DNA of 64,000 nt, from NCBI GenBank assembly GCA_951406725.2, contig OX597841.1, forward strand, positions 22,568,001 to 22,632,000, given 5' to 3'. The first letter of the stretch is position 1. Each line of letters opens with the position of its first letter. Shown here one piece after another: positions 1 to 12,571 of the stretch. The notes below the pieces were generated by a model that saw nothing but the letters and a program-made list of their open reading frames with translations, had not been told where the DNA came from and made no database searches. The position numbers were made by a program, and so were the translations under genes. This stretch comes from Octopus vulgaris. Taxonomy: Eukaryota.

Positions 1-1946
1 TGGTTCTCTTACGTTCCACCGGCACTCGGCACTGGCTACGGCCACATTCAGATGGTTCTCTTACGTTCCACCGGCACTCGGCGCTGGCTACGGCCACATT
101 CAGATGGTTCTCTTACGTTCCACCGGCACTCGGCACTGGCTACGGCCACATTCAGATGGTTCTCTTACGTTCCACCGGCACTCGGCACTGGCTACGGCCA
201 CATTCAGATGGTTCTCTTACGTTCCACCGGCACTCGGCACTGGCTACGGCCACATTCAGATGGTTCTCTTACGTGCCACCGGCACTCGGCACTGGCTACG
301 GCCACATTCAGATGGTTCTCTTACGTTCCACCGGCACTCGGCACTGGCTACAGCCACATTCAGATGGTTCTCTTACGTTCCACCGGCACTCGGCACTGGC
401 TACGGCCACATTCAGATGGTTCTCTTACGTTCCACCGGCACTCGGCGCTGGCTACAGCCACATTCAGATGGTTCTCTTACGTTCCACCGGCACTCGGCGC
501 TGGCTACAGCCACATTCAGATGGTTCTCTTACGTTCCACCGGCACTCGGCACTGGCTACGGCCACATTCAGATGGTTCTCTTACGTTCCACCGGCACTCG
601 GCACTGGCTACAGCCACATTCAGATGGTTCTCTTACGTTCCACCGGCACTCGGCACTGGCTACGGCCACATTCAGATGGTTCTCTTACGTTCCACCGGCA
701 CTCGGCGCTGGCTACAGCCACGTTCGGATGCTTCTCTTACGTGCCACCGGCCCACGACGCTGGCTACGGCCACATTCTGATGGTTCTCTTACGTTCCACC
801 GGCACTCGGCGCTGGCTACAGCCACATTTAGATGGTTCTCTTACGTTCCACCGGCACTCGGCACTGGCTACGGCCACATTCAGATGGTTCTCTTACGTTC
901 CACCGGCACTCGGCGCTGGCTACGGCCACATTCGGATGCTTCTCTTACGTGCCACCGGCACTCGGCGCTGGCTACAGCCACGTTCGGATGCTTCTCTTAC
1001 GTGCCACCGGCCCACGACGCTGGCTACGGCCACATTCGGATGCTTCTCTTACGTGCCACCGGCCCACGGCGCTGGCTACGGCCACATTCGGATGCTTCTC
1101 TTACGTGCCACCGGCACTCGGCACTGGCTACGGCCACATTCAGATGGTTCTCTTACGTGCCACCGGCCCACGGCGCTGGCTACGGCCACATTCGGATGGT
1201 TCTCTTACGTGCCACCGGCACTCGGCACTGGCTACGGCCACATTCAGATGGTTCTCTTACGTTCCACCGGCACTCGGCGCTGGCTACAGCCACGTTCGGA
1301 TGCTTCTCTTACGTGCCACCGGCCCACGACGCTGGCTACGGCCACATTCGGATGCTTCTCTTACGTGCCACCGGCCCACGGCGCTGGCTACGGCCACATT
1401 CGGATGCTTCTCTTACGTGCCACCGGCCCACGACGCTGGCTACGGCCACATTCGGATGCTTCTCTTACGTGCCACCGGCCCACGGCGCTGGCTACGGCCA
1501 CATTCGGATGCTTCTCTTACGTGCCACCGGCACTCGGCACTGGCTACGGCCATATTCAGATGGTTCTCTTACGTTCCACCGGCACTCAGCGCTGGCTACA
1601 GCCACGTTCGGATGCTTCTATTACGTGCCACCGGCACTCGGCGCTGGCTACAGTCACATTCGGATGCTCCTCTTACGTGCCACCGGCCCACGGCGCTGGC
1701 TACAGCCACGTTCGGATGCTTCTCTTACGTTCCACCGGCACTCGGCGCTGGCTACAGCCACATTCGGATGCTTCTCTTACGTGCCACCGGCCCACGGCGC
1801 TGGCTACAGCCACGTTCGGATGCTTCTCTTACGTTCCACCGGCACTCGGCGCTGGCTACAGCCACATTCGGATGCTTCTCTTACGTGCCACCGGCACTCG
1901 GCACTGGCTACGGCCACATTCAGATGGTTCTCTTACGTGCCACTGG
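1..1946. repeat. 52-bp GC-rich minisatellite (~37 copies, runs off window start)
   Basis: Unit tggttctcttacgttccaccggcactcggcactggctacggccacattcaga repeats with 52-nt period. The right junction (1921-1985) is the reverse complement of the start of the repeat at 3411-3480. Confidence 0.97.
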
Positions 1947-2117
1947 CTCTGGCATGACAACTACAAATTCCATTGATGTTGATATGTATACATGTGTGTG
2001 TGTGTGTATACAGGTGTATTCCTCACATATATACAGTTTCGTTCTTACGTAACTAAAATAACCTAAAGATATATGGATTTTGATACTCCTCTTATAATAA
2101 TTTTCTCATACCTGTTT

Positions 2118-2405
2118 ATATTTTATCTACTATGAGTAATATAATACATATAATAATAATAATAACAATAATAATAACTAATTCATTTGTATGCATATAC
2201 ATGTACATTTAAGTTTAGGTATATGTATTTATGTATATGTGTGTGTATTTATATTTATAACTTAACCTTATTTACTTTCTAAAATCTCTGATGAAGTTAG
2301 AGAAACACCCAAGTACCTCAATTTCATCTACTAATTACTTCAGTCTGCTGGAGGGATAAAGGTAGAATGAAGTATTTTTACCTCTTGGCTGAAAAAGCTG
2401 CAAGA
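2118..2405 (+). repeat. ~290-bp direct repeat copy 1 (possible Penelope-type pseudo-LTR with degenerate hammerhead motifs)
   Basis: Near-identical to 3034-3307. Contains CTGATGA..GAAAC..GTA and a second degenerate core. Confidence 0.6.
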
Positions 2406-2610
2406 GAGTATGTATTGAGCAAGAAAGGCTTTTGAAAAGTCTAGATTCATGGTTGAGAAAACAGTGAATAATGATTGACGATTGGGTGTGTCTTTTATAG
2501 ACAGAAATAGGTTAACAGACTGAAAAGCAGTGTTGGCAGAGACATTTCAGGCTATGTCTGTATTATGTGGGTCATGAGTTTTACTCTTTAAAGCAACAAA
2601 CAACTTATCA

Positions 2611-2773
2611 CAGGAGTGGCTGTGTGGTAAGTAGCTTGCTAATCAACCACATGGTTCCGGGTTCATTCCTATACTGGGTGGCACCTTGGGCAAGTGTCTT
2701 CTGCTATAGCCTCGGGCTGACTAAAGCCTTGTGAGTGGATTTGGTAGACGGAAACTGAAAGAAGCCTGTTGTA

Positions 2774-2817
<44 letters not shown>

Positions 2818-3022
2818 CGTGTGTGTATGTTTGTGTGTCTGTGTTTGTTCCCCCAACTTCGCTTCACAACCGATGGTGGTGTGTTTACATCCCTGTAAAA
2901 GAGACCGATAGAATAAGTACTGGGCTTACAAAGAATAAGTCCTGGGGTCGATTTGCTCGACTAAAGGCAGTGCTCCAGCATGGCTGCAGTCAAATGACTG
3001 AAACAAGTAAAAGAGTAAAGAG
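2611..3022 (+). mobile_element. tRNA-derived SINE, family S1 (CORE-like octopus SINE)
   Basis: A-box-like tggctgtgtggt, B-box-like gggttcattcc, CORE-like accttgggcaagt, internal (TA)n/(TG)n, and tail gtaaaagagtaaagag. An inverted copy lies at 63389-63805. Confidence 0.85.
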
Positions 3023-3033
3023 TATACCAGTTC

Positions 3034-3307
3034 ATATTTTATCTACTATGAGTAATATAATACATATAATAATAATAACTAATTCATTTGTATGCATATA
3101 CATGTATATTTAAGTGTAGGTATATGTATTTATGTATATGTGTGTGTATTTATATTTATAACTTAACCTTATATACTTTCTAAAATCTCCGATGAAGCCT
3201 AGAGAAACACCCAAGTACCTCAATTTCATCTACTAATTACTTCAGTCTACTGGAGGAATAAAGGTAGAATGAGGTATTTTTACCTCTTGGCTGAAACAGC
3301 TGTAAGA
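3034..3307 (+). repeat. ~290-bp direct repeat copy 2 (possible Penelope-type pseudo-LTR)
   Basis: Paralog of 2118-2405. Ends in gaaac-agct-gta-aga, a hammerhead-like stem III and cleavage triplet. Confidence 0.6.
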
Positions 3308-3410
3308 TATTTTCCCAATTCATATTCATGTATGTTATATATTTTAATAATTACTGATATTTTTATATTCTATATATTATATATGTAAAGCATAATATGT
3401 CATACATATC

Positions 3411-3741
3411 GATCAACATCAATGGAATTTGTAGTTGTGATACCAGTGCCAGTGGCATGTAAGAGAACCATCCGACCGTGGCCATTGCCAGCGCTGCCCC
3501 GACTGGCCTCTGTGCCGGTGGCATGTAAAACGCACCATCCGATCATGGCCGTTTGCCAGCCTTGCCTGGCACGCAGAAGCACCCACTACACTCACGGAGT
3601 GGTTGGCGTTAGGAAGGGCATCCAGCCGTAGAAACATTGCCTGATCAGACTGGGCCTGGTGCAGCCTTCTGGCTTCCCAGACCCTAGTTGAACCGTCCAA
3701 CCCATGCTAGCATGGAAAATGGATGCTAAACGATGATGATT
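3411..3741 (+). mobile_element. (GAT)n-tailed SINE-like retroposon, family S2
   Basis: Conserved ggagtggttggcgttaggaagggcatccagc...aacccatgctagcatggaaa..(gat)n, found more than 10 times in the window. Confidence 0.85.
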
Positions 3742-4038
3742 GGTATATTGTTATAATTGTCTTTTTAAAAAATAAATAAATTGACATAGTATAATGTCTA
3801 AAAGTTGATGAATACCACCTATTGATCCCCTCCATTTTCTTATTGCTCTATAAATCAATGGTAAAATATCTCTTTACCCTCACCCATTTAGTACACTCAG
3901 TAATATAATTGCAATGCAATAAAAAACACTTGGGTATTAATAATTGGGTGTTCTACCAGCTGTGTATTGGATAGATATTATCCCTTAGTTGGTTGGATTC
4001 ACAACCTCTAACTTTCTTGGAATTAATATATATATACA

Positions 4039-4343
4039 CTAGCAGTATCACCCGGCGTTGCTCGGGTTTGTAAGGGAAATAACTATATAAGCATTTTTAG
4101 AGAGTTACTTATATAATAGCAAAAAAAATGCATTAAAAATGGGAAAAAATGATGGTAAATTTTTTTTTTAATCGTAGACTCATTGTAGACGCGCGCTAAT
4201 ACCCAGAAGGGCTCGATATGATTGACGACTATAAGATACCCGCTTTTGGTTAAACTGCACCGCAAAATGTGAGAGAAGTTAGGAATCTAAATCGGAGGAG
4301 ACAGAGAGTCTCACACACACAACTTCCATTTTATATATAAAGA
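4039..4343 (-). mobile_element. Non-autonomous Helitron (~305 bp)
   Basis: Minus strand starts TC(tttatatataaaa), has a subterminal hairpin cccgagcaacgccggg (4051-4066), ends CTAG, and sits between A and T with no TSD. Confidence 0.85.
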
Positions 4344-4459
4344 TTATATATATATATATGTGTGTGTGTATATACATCTATACTATAATGGAGAAAGTTA
4401 CTTATTAATTAACTATGTAACTATTATTAAAAGTACTAAAAGAAAGCAATATTAAAAGC

Positions 4460-4944
4460 CTGTGGCCGATGCCAGTGCCGCCTCCGCTGGCTTCCGTGCC
4501 GGTGGCACGTAAAATACACCAATCTGACCGTACAACAGGCACCCATGCCAACCCCCTTGCTTGCGAAGACATGTTGGGGCAAGCGAAATCGAAATCGAAT
4601 TGAACCAGCCAGGATCCCTGGTCTGGTGGTACGTAAAAAGCACCATCCGACTCGTGGCCGATGCCAGCACCGCCTCGTCTGGCTTCCGTGCCGGTGGCAC
4701 ATAAAATACACCAATCTGACCGTGGCCGTTGCCAGCCTCGCCTGGCACCTGTGCAGGTGGCACGTAAAAAGCACCCACTACACTCACGGAGTGGTTGGCG
4801 TTAGGAAGGGCATCCAGCTGTAGAAACACTGCCAGATAAGACTGGAGCCTGGTGCAGCCTTCTGGCTTCCCAGATCCCCGGTCGAACCGTCCAACCCATG
4901 CTAGCATGGAGAACGGACGTTAAACGACGATGATGATGATGATG
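4460..4944 (+). mobile_element. SINE family S2 with internally repeated subunits
   Basis: Same 3' body and (GAT)n tail as 3411-3741. The ggtggcacgtaaaa..cacc subunit is repeated. Confidence 0.8.
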
Positions 4945-4971
4945 ACTGTCTGGAAATATTTTTATAAATCT

Positions 4972-5165
4972 GTGTTTCAATCATTTGACTGTGGCCATAC
5001 TGGGGCACCACCCAGAAGAAATTTTAGTTGAATGAATCAACCCCAATACTTATTTTTTTGTAATTAAATCTAGTGCTTATTCTAATGGCCCCTTTTGCCG
5101 AACAGCCAAGATATGAAGATGTAAACACACCAACACCAGTTGTCATGAAATACTGGGAGACAGAC
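4972..5165 (-). mobile_element. Degenerate 3' fragment of SINE S1
   Basis: Reverse-complement similarity to 2870-3010 (gtttcaatcatttgactgtggccat...). Confidence 0.6.
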
Positions 5166-5850
5166 ACAGACACATATACATAGACACTTATATATACAGA
5201 GTGTTGGTTATGAGTTTTGCTTGCGAGTTAACTGTGGCTGGTTCATCTCGATGCAGCTGTGTGTTGGTTATGCATTCACTGGTCTGGTCTGTCTGCCTGG
5301 AGTTACCGAATACAAAAGAATGACAAGAAGAACCACGTAAATTCAATGCAACTGTTATTTATTACAACTCCTTATAAAAATACATGGCATACGTCTTACA
5401 AATTGTGAAGTAACAGGTTTGGCAAGTTTTAACAAACTCTATCTGGAACAGTGGAAGTTGTATCACAGTTGAAATTCTGTAGCATGTTCATGGTTTGGTT
5501 CTGTGTGCTGGGCGGCATCTGTTGTTGTGATCTGTCCGTTGCTGTAGAGGAAGTACAAGTTTACCAGGCCAGAGAGAGAGAGATCAGGATGAAGACAGAA
5601 ACGGGTGTGCCGCCACAAAGGAGACACATGGTTACCCAGCCTGAGGGAAATGCAGGAGAAGGAGATAGAGGGTGGGAGACAACACGATGGAGATACTGGC
5701 AAAATGATGGGCGTATTCACTAGGGAGGGGATCAGAACATAAATGGGGATGGTTGAGTAAAGGAAGAAAGAGATATAGATGGTGCCAAGTGCCAGGCCAT
5801 ACCCTTGATGTTCAAACGTCATAATATAAGGGACAGGATACTGCATAGGA

Positions 5851-6025
5851 GGCGAGCTGGCAGAAACGTTAGGCTCTGAGTTCAAATTCCGCCGAGGTCG
5901 ACTTTGCCTTTCATCCTTTCAGGGTCGATTGAATAAGTACCAGTTACGCACTGGGGTCAATGTAATCGACTTAATCCCTTTGTCTCCTCTCTGTGTTTAG
6001 CCCCTTGTGGGTAGTAAAGGAATAG
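5851..6025 (+). mobile_element. SINE family S3 (ggcgagctggcaga head), internally deleted, with TSD
   Basis: B-box-like gagttcaaattcc and conserved gactttgcctttcatcctttc.gggtcgat domain. Flanked by aggatactgca (aggatactgcaaagg in the 32.8 kb paralog). Confidence 0.8.
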
Positions 6026-6348
6026 GATACTGCAAAGGAAGCATGATTAGAGTGTAGGGGGTGTTGAGTGATGACAACCAGGGTATTATATAGGGTCAGG
6101 GGGCGACCGGAGAGCAATGATACAGAGGAACAGCACCATGAGGGCAGGATTGGGGGAGTGAGAGGTAGGCATAGTGTATGGAAGGAATGTGAAGAAGAGA
6201 TGTAGATTTGTTTGTTGGGGGTAGGGTGTGTAAAAAGTTTTCTTGTTACATGTTAGATGATGATGATGATGAAATATTTTCAATGGCAGTCAATAATGGC
6301 CCCTTATGGTCCTTGTGAGAAGTAAGAAGTGTTGGTACATCTAGTGTC

Positions 6349-6572
6349 CACTCTATAGAATTTAAACCAGCCATATCTGGCCCAAATATTCTACCTATTT
6401 TATGATCAAAGTAGTCAGAGTTGGCTTCTTACACCTACCCTACAATGTCATTGTGAAAATACACAATCATATCATCAAAATTTGAAAGCTGTGGGTGATT
6501 GTATGACAAATTGAAAATAATGTGAATAAATAACCCTCACATTCGACAGAATAATCTGCATGGTAAAGGGTT
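6349..6572. mobile_element. Degenerate MITE-like repeat in the 3' flank of the minus-strand ZNF gene
   Basis: Imperfect terminal inverted ends (cactctatagaattt...atggtaaagggtt). A partial inverted copy lies downstream of the plus-strand genes (~15256-15330). Confidence 0.4.
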
Positions 6573-6608
6573 CAGTCACCCCTTACAGATTATGATTTAG
6601 CACAAATA

Positions 6609-8279
6609 TCAGTGGGATTGCTTCTTCCCCTGATGAACACGTTTGTGAGAAGTTAAGTTGCCATGATGAGTGAATGACCTTCCACAGATATCACAAGAAT
6701 ATGGCTTCTCTCCAGTATGAATGCGTTTGTGTACAATCAAGCTACCTTTTTGAAAGAATGATTTACCACAAATGTCACAGTGAAATGGTGTCTCTCCTGT
6801 ATGAATACGTTTGTGAGGTTTTAAAACACTTTGGACAGAGAATGATTTACCACAGATATCACAAGAATATGGTCTCTCCCCTGTATGAATGCGTTTGTGT
6901 GCAGTCAAGCTACCTTTTTGAAAGAATGATTTACCACAAATGTCACAGTAAAATGGCTTATCTCGTGTATGAACACGTTTGTGAGATTTTAAAACACTTT
7001 GGACAGAGAATGATTTACCACAAATGTCGCAAGAATATGGTGTTTCTCCTGTATGAATACGTCTGTGTTTAGTTAAGCTACTACCGGCAGAGAAAGATTT
7101 GCCACAGATGTTGCACTTATATGGCTTCTCTCCTGTATGGAAACGTTTGTGAACAGTTAAGTTCCCACTGTGAGAGAATGATTTACCACAGACATGACAG
7201 TGATAGGGCTTCTCTCCTGTATGAATACGTTTGTGAGTAGTTAAACACCCACTTTGAGAGAATGATTTACCACAGACATCACAGGGATAGGGCTTCTCTC
7301 CTGTATGAATACGTTTATGAGTAGTTAAACACCCACTTTGAGAGAATGATTTACCACAGATATCACAAGAATATGGTGTCTCTCCTGTATGAATACGTTT
7401 ATGAATAGTTAACTTCCTACTGGTAGAGAGAGATTTGCCACAAATATCACAGTGGCATGGCTTCTCTCCTGTATGAATACGTTTATGAGAAGTTAAAGCA
7501 CTGTTGCGAGAGAATGATTTACCACAGACGTCACAGGAACATGGGATCTCACCTGTATGAATTCGTTTGTGAGAAGTTAAAGCACTCCTTTGAGAGAATG
7601 AATAACCACAGATATTACAGGAGTACGGTTTCTCTCCTGTATGAAGACGTTTGTGTCTTGTCAAGTCATTTTTCTGAGAGAATGGTTTACCACAAATGTT
7701 ACACTGATGTGGCTTCTCCCCTGTATGAACACGTTTGTGATAATTTAAAGCACTTCTATCAGAGAATGGTGTACCACAGATAACACAGTGATAAGGCTTT
7801 TCACCAGTATGAATACGTTTGTGTATAGTCAAGTTATTCCTGTGATGGAATGATTTACCACAGATGTCACAGTGAAATGGCTTCTCTCCTGTATGAATAT
7901 GTTTGTGAGAATTTAAATGACTTCGGTCAGAGAATGATTTACCACAGACATCACAACGATAAGGCTTCTCTCCAGTATGAATACGTTTGTGTGTAGTCAA
8001 GTTATTATTTTGAGAGAATGATTTACCACAGATGTCACAGTGAAATGGTTTCTCCCCTGTATGAATACGCTTGTGCATATTCAAGTGACCCTTTTGAGAG
8101 AATGATTTACCACAGACGTCACAATGAAATGGCTTCTCTCCTCTATGAATATGTTTGTGCATATTCAAGTTACCCTTTTCAGAGAAGGACTTTTTACACA
8201 CATCACAGTCATGTGACAATTTTTGTTTCCCTTTTTCTTCTGGAAAAGTCAGATCCTTTAGTTTCTTACTCTTTTCCAT
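6609..8279 (-). CDS. C2H2 (Kruppel-type) zinc-finger protein, 19 tandem fingers, 556 aa, no effector domain
   Basis: 19 CxxC-x12-HxxxH repeats with TGEKP[YF] linkers in an intact ORF. Putative splice acceptor tttcag| at 8651, so the exon begins at 8650. Confidence 0.93.
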   Translation of the reverse strand: MEKSKKLKDLTFPEEKGKQKLSHDCDVCKKSFSEKGNLNMHKHIHRGEKPFHCDVCGKSFSQKGHLNMHKRIHTGEKPFHCDICGKSFSQNNNLTTHKRIHTGEKPYRCDVCGKSFSDRSHLNSHKHIHTGEKPFHCDICGKSFHHRNNLTIHKRIHTGEKPYHCVICGTPFSDRSALNYHKRVHTGEKPHQCNICGKPFSQKNDLTRHKRLHTGEKPYSCNICGYSFSQRSALTSHKRIHTGEIPCSCDVCGKSFSRNSALTSHKRIHTGEKPCHCDICGKSLSTSRKLTIHKRIHTGETPYSCDICGKSFSQSGCLTTHKRIHTGEKPYPCDVCGKSFSQSGCLTTHKRIHTGEKPYHCHVCGKSFSHSGNLTVHKRFHTGEKPYKCNICGKSFSAGSSLTKHRRIHTGETPYSCDICGKSFSVQSVLKSHKRVHTRDKPFYCDICGKSFFQKGSLTAHKRIHTGERPYSCDICGKSFSVQSVLKPHKRIHTGETPFHCDICGKSFFQKGSLIVHKRIHTGEKPYSCDICGRSFTHHGNLTSHKRVHQGKKQSH

Positions 8280-8868
8280 TATTTTTCTTTGAAAATCACA
8301 AAATATATATATATATATATATATGTTTTCTTCTTTGTACTTCTATAGTCTTTTGTTTGCAAGTATTTCGGCTGCTGTATTTCTGTCCAGTGTTACTTTT
8401 GTCCCAAAACTCGTTTGTAAATTTATCCAAGTTTAATTTGCAAAGAGACACATCTTGTAGACACTCCAGCCAGTGATGTCCAGAAGATTTGCTAATAACA
8501 CATTTCAGAGTAAATATATCAGAGGAATTCCACCATAGATTTATAGAAACAATCTTATATATCTGTTCTGTACAATATTTTCAATTTGATCTTTAAAAGA
8601 TGATAAATAATGAGAATGTATCTTCAGTTATGCCAATGTCATCTGATATTCTGAAATAATAAAGAAACAACAGTGTAAGATATAGAGGCTACTTAAAAAA
8701 ATACAGATTCAACATTTCCATAGAGATAAACTCTAGAAATAAACATTTAACTGAGCAACAGAACTTTCTTAATTTATTAAAATTTACATCAGAAAATCTT
8801 GTGTGAAGTTAACATATTTCTAAATTCCAGTTACACATTCTTACAGCACAACATTCATATGGGTGTGC

Positions 8869-8908
<40 letters not shown>

Positions 8909-9062
8909 GAATACAAAATGGAATTAACGCAGGTTTCAACAAGTATTTTTACTTTCTACATATGTTTCCAACATCTTTACTTGTGAGATTTTTGCTGCCC
9001 TGGTAACTATTTATGTATTTTTCCGTGTTAATTGTTAACAAGGTAAAATACACTCATCTATT

Positions 9063-9118
<56 letters not shown>

Positions 9119-9122
<4 letters not shown>

Positions 9123-9356
9123 ATAAAAAGCACCATCTGGGCATGGCTGTTTGCCAGACTCGTCTGGCACGTAAAAAGCACCCACTACAGTCATGGAGTG
9201 GTTGGCGTTAGGAAAGGCATCCAGCCGTAGAAACTTTACCATATCAGACTGGGCCTGGTGCAGCCTTCTGGCTTCCCAGACCCCAGTTGAACCGTCCAAC
9301 CCATGCTAGCATGGAAAACGGATGCTAAACGATGATGATGATGATGATGATGATGA
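9119..9356 (+). mobile_element. SINE family S2 (5'-truncated) in putative intron
   Basis: S2 body plus (GAT)n. Paralogs at ~21873-22111, 36600-36822 and 51487-51716. Confidence 0.8.
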
Positions 9357-9574
9357 TATTGTGAAATTTATGAAAGTGAAGTTTGAAATGTGGTTGAGTT
9401 TATATTTTGCTTGATGAATAGGGGAATTATAGACCTCTTGTTTAAATGCCTACAAAAAGTACATCAGCTAAGCAAATGGCCTTCCCTAAATGCATTGAAA
9501 CCATTATAACAGAATCACTGTTTCAGGAAATTATCGTCGTTCAAAGACAACAAAATAATAATAATAATAATAAT

Positions 9575-9785
9575 TCGTTCGTTTATTGGCCACAAGGGCT
9601 AACAAAAATTAATTAAAACATAAAGGGACGAAACACAGGACGAAAGTTACAAAGGGTTTTGTCCGTAACTATGTAGAAAACGAAAAAAAAAAAAAAAAAA
9701 AACTGCGCTAACGACCCGGGGGGTGGGGGACTTTCGGAAAATGTACAAGATCCGATTTTTCTGTCATAAGTTAGGGTAAAATGGA
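9575..9785 (-). mobile_element. 3' end fragment of a non-LTR retroelement next to (AAT)n
   Basis: Minus strand ends ...gttagcccttgtggccaataaacgaacgaa followed by (TTA)n. Paralogs at ~22315, 36995 and 51897. Confidence 0.55.
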
Positions 9786-9886
9786 TTGCGAGGATGATCC
9801 GGTTCTTGACTGAAGAAGGCTTCCAATGACCCGTCCGTGTTTTTTGTATCGTCTATTTGGATGTTTTGCGTTCTTGTCCCATTTTG

Positions 9887-9950
<64 letters not shown>

Positions 9951-10369
9951 TTCTTTTGTTTTTTACGGAATCCCACTTTTTGGTTATGGAGGATCCGATC
10001 CTGAAAAAACTTTTTTCGAAAAATCGCATTTTCAAAATTTCATTTACCACCAGCCTCTTCACTTTTCACTTAAAAAAAAAACAAAAAAACATATTTTTGC
10101 CCTTAAAAACGATGGGAGAAACCTTTTCGGTAACAAAAAAATAAAATATCGTAAATATTTTCAAAGGAAAAAGTGTGATTTAAGGGAGATTTGGCTGTTG
10201 TTTCTAGCACATCCTAAGACAACCCTCCTCGTTTCACTTTCCCATCTTTTGAAGTTTTTCTCTTCATAAACACATTTATGATTTTTTTCAACCCTATTCT
10301 TCGCCCCTGGTTGCTTCTGTTTACGATTTCAAATATCGGTGAGTCTGAGGCCGTTTCTGGCATTTATCC

Positions 10370-11720
10370 ACAGTGAAAACACAAGAAACGTGGGAAAATG
10401 ATGGAAAGTGTAGAAGGTAGCCTCCATAGCTAGAAATAGCAGCCAAATGTCGCACGAATCAAAGGTCATCTGAGACAGGAAGTATTTAGAAATTAAATAG
10501 TTTAATACTTACGGAAATGTCTTTATAAAGGATGGTGTTGTTGTTAGAAGTGCGTCAGGTGGTTGAGAAATGTATTATAAATGTGTTTGGGAGTGAATTG
10601 AGAGAAATTCCGACTTGAATCAAGTTTGTTAAAATGAATGAATGGAGGCGGAAATACGCTTAGTGCGCATGCGTATGAAAAACTGGTTTTTCTTCTTTTT
10701 TTCTTTTGTTTTTTAAAGATTTTGGTAGAAAACCAGAAATTTCGGGGAGGGTCAAGTGTCAGTCGATTTCATGGACCCGAGTAGTCAACTGGTATATATT
10801 TTATTGAACCCTAGCAGAAAAAAAGTGAAAGGCAAAGTTTATGGATCTTTTCTCTTTGAACGGCAGTTTTTAACATAATTTCTAGGTAACTAAAAACTTT
10901 TAAACTTCGTATACTGGTAGAATGTGTTACATAAAACATCTTTTCCTCTTGGCTTTATTGAGAAAATTCTGTAGTTTGTAACATGTTTGTAAGATATTTG
11001 TAAGATATTTTCTTCAACGGCCGTTTTTTCTACAGATACAGTAAATAGGTGTTCTACGAAAACGCGATATTTTGGCAAAATCGTATTCTATATCGATGAT
11101 ATCAGAATTCGAAAACATTTTTGGACCCCCCCCCCCAAAAAAAAACACCCAGACATCGGTGGGGTGCACGTGTTGTGCCTACATCGATATTTATGTATAT
11201 ATGCGTAAATTACGACGAGGTCGACTTTGCCTTTAATATCTTTGCTGGGGCGGGACAAAATAAAATAAATACTAGTTGTCTACTGAGGTCAAGGTAAGCG
11301 ACTTAGGCCCCCCCCCCACCAACACCTCCGCCGATATTGCTGGCGTTGTGCCATAATTTGAAACCAATATTTCATACGCATGCGCACTAAACGTACGTAC
11401 GCCCCCATTCATTACGTTACGACAAACATTTGATGTCTGATGCCAGAATTTCTCTCAATTCACTCCTAAACACATTTGTAATAGATTTCTCAACCACCTG
11501 ACGCACATCTAACAACAACACCATCCTTTATAAAGACATTTCCGTAAGTATTAAACAACGAAAACATTTAATCTTTTAATACTTTGGTGTCTCAGATGTC
11601 CTTTGATCTGTTCCACATTTGGCTGCTATTTCTAGCTATGGCGGCAACCTCCTACACGCTCCATCGTTTCTTCTTTAAGTTTGTTTGTTGTGTGTTTTAG
11701 GTGGAGAAATGTTCTTAAAA
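10370..11720. promoter_or_regulatory. Putative palindromic bidirectional promoter and non-coding first exons of ZNF pair 1
   Basis: Inverted arms (~10370-10838 vs ~11217-11720). NRF1-like TGCGCATGCG at 10664 and CGCATGCGCA at 11377. Conserved GTAAGT donors at 10512 (-) and 11544 (+). YY1-like ATGGCGGC near 11638. Locally CpG-enriched. Confidence 0.65.
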
Positions 11721-11908
11721 TAAACTCCAACCACAGAAATGCTGAGAATCCAATGCTTTATTATAATTTATCGAACCCTTGTTTCTTGATATAAGGTAAA
11801 GGACATAATTAGTAAGCGGGGCAAAATGAGTATTTTCCCGTTTCTCCTAATTTGTTTGGATTTATGATTTTTGTGAGTATTGCTGCATTATATTTTAGGA
11901 CTGGGGAT

Positions 11909-12291
11909 GGCGGCGAGCTGGCAGAAGGGTTGACACCCCGGGCGAAATGCGTGGACATATTTCGTCTGCCGTTACGTTCTGAGTTCAAATTCCGCCGGGG
12001 TCGACTTTGCCTCTCATCCTTTCGGGGTCGATAAATAAAGTACCAGTTACGCACTGGGGTCGATGTAATCGACTTAATACCTATGTCTGTCCTTGTTTCT
12101 CCCCTCTGTGTTTAGCCCCTTGTGGGCAGTAAAAAAATAGATATTTCGTCTGCCGTTACGTTCTGAGTTCAAATTCCGCCGGGGTCGACTTTGCCTTTCA
12201 TCCTTTCGGGGTCGATATAATCGACTTAATCCGTTTTTCTGGCCTTGTTTGTCCCCTCAGTGTCTAGCCCCTTGTGGTGAGTAAAGAAATA
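11909..12291 (+). mobile_element. SINE family S3 with tandem partial duplication
   Basis: Full head ggcggcgagctggcagaa and two copies of the 3' body ending gccccttgtgg. Paralogs at ~26979, 41998 and 55360. Confidence 0.8.
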
Positions 12292-12571
12292 TATATTTAG
12301 GACTGGGAATTTGTCCTTATAGTTGTTGGAGTTGCAGGTCCTTTTTATTATCAAGAAATTTTCCCTCAACTCTCAATCCGATAATAATCGAGGTTACTAA
12401 TAAATTATCTGGATGATGTTCGGTGTTTAACCATCAATATTCTTCTCTCTCTTAGATTCCAGATCAATTTTTACCCCCGTTTAGTGTCTAATTTGGTAAT
12501 TTTCAATTATCAAAAATCATGACTAAGATGGGGCAAAATGAGTAATGACTACTTTCAATAATCTCTTGTTA

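Noticed and set aside
1-1946. CRISPR-like array
   Set aside because: No unique spacers, contiguous tandem units, eukaryotic context and no cas genes.
52-2052. Long ORFs of 242-617 aa in all three plus frames
   Set aside because: By-product of a stop-free 52-bp minisatellite; the same peptide cycles through all frames.
6609-8279. Assignment to a named ZNF ortholog or KRAB-ZNF
   Set aside because: No KRAB, SCAN, BTB or ZAD domain is visible, and lineage-specific arrays cannot be given a gene symbol from sequence alone.
6674-8476. Antisense ORFs (MIYHR.. / MASLLYEY..) over ZNF genes, here and in paralogs
   Set aside because: Shadow frames of the 84-bp finger periodicity.
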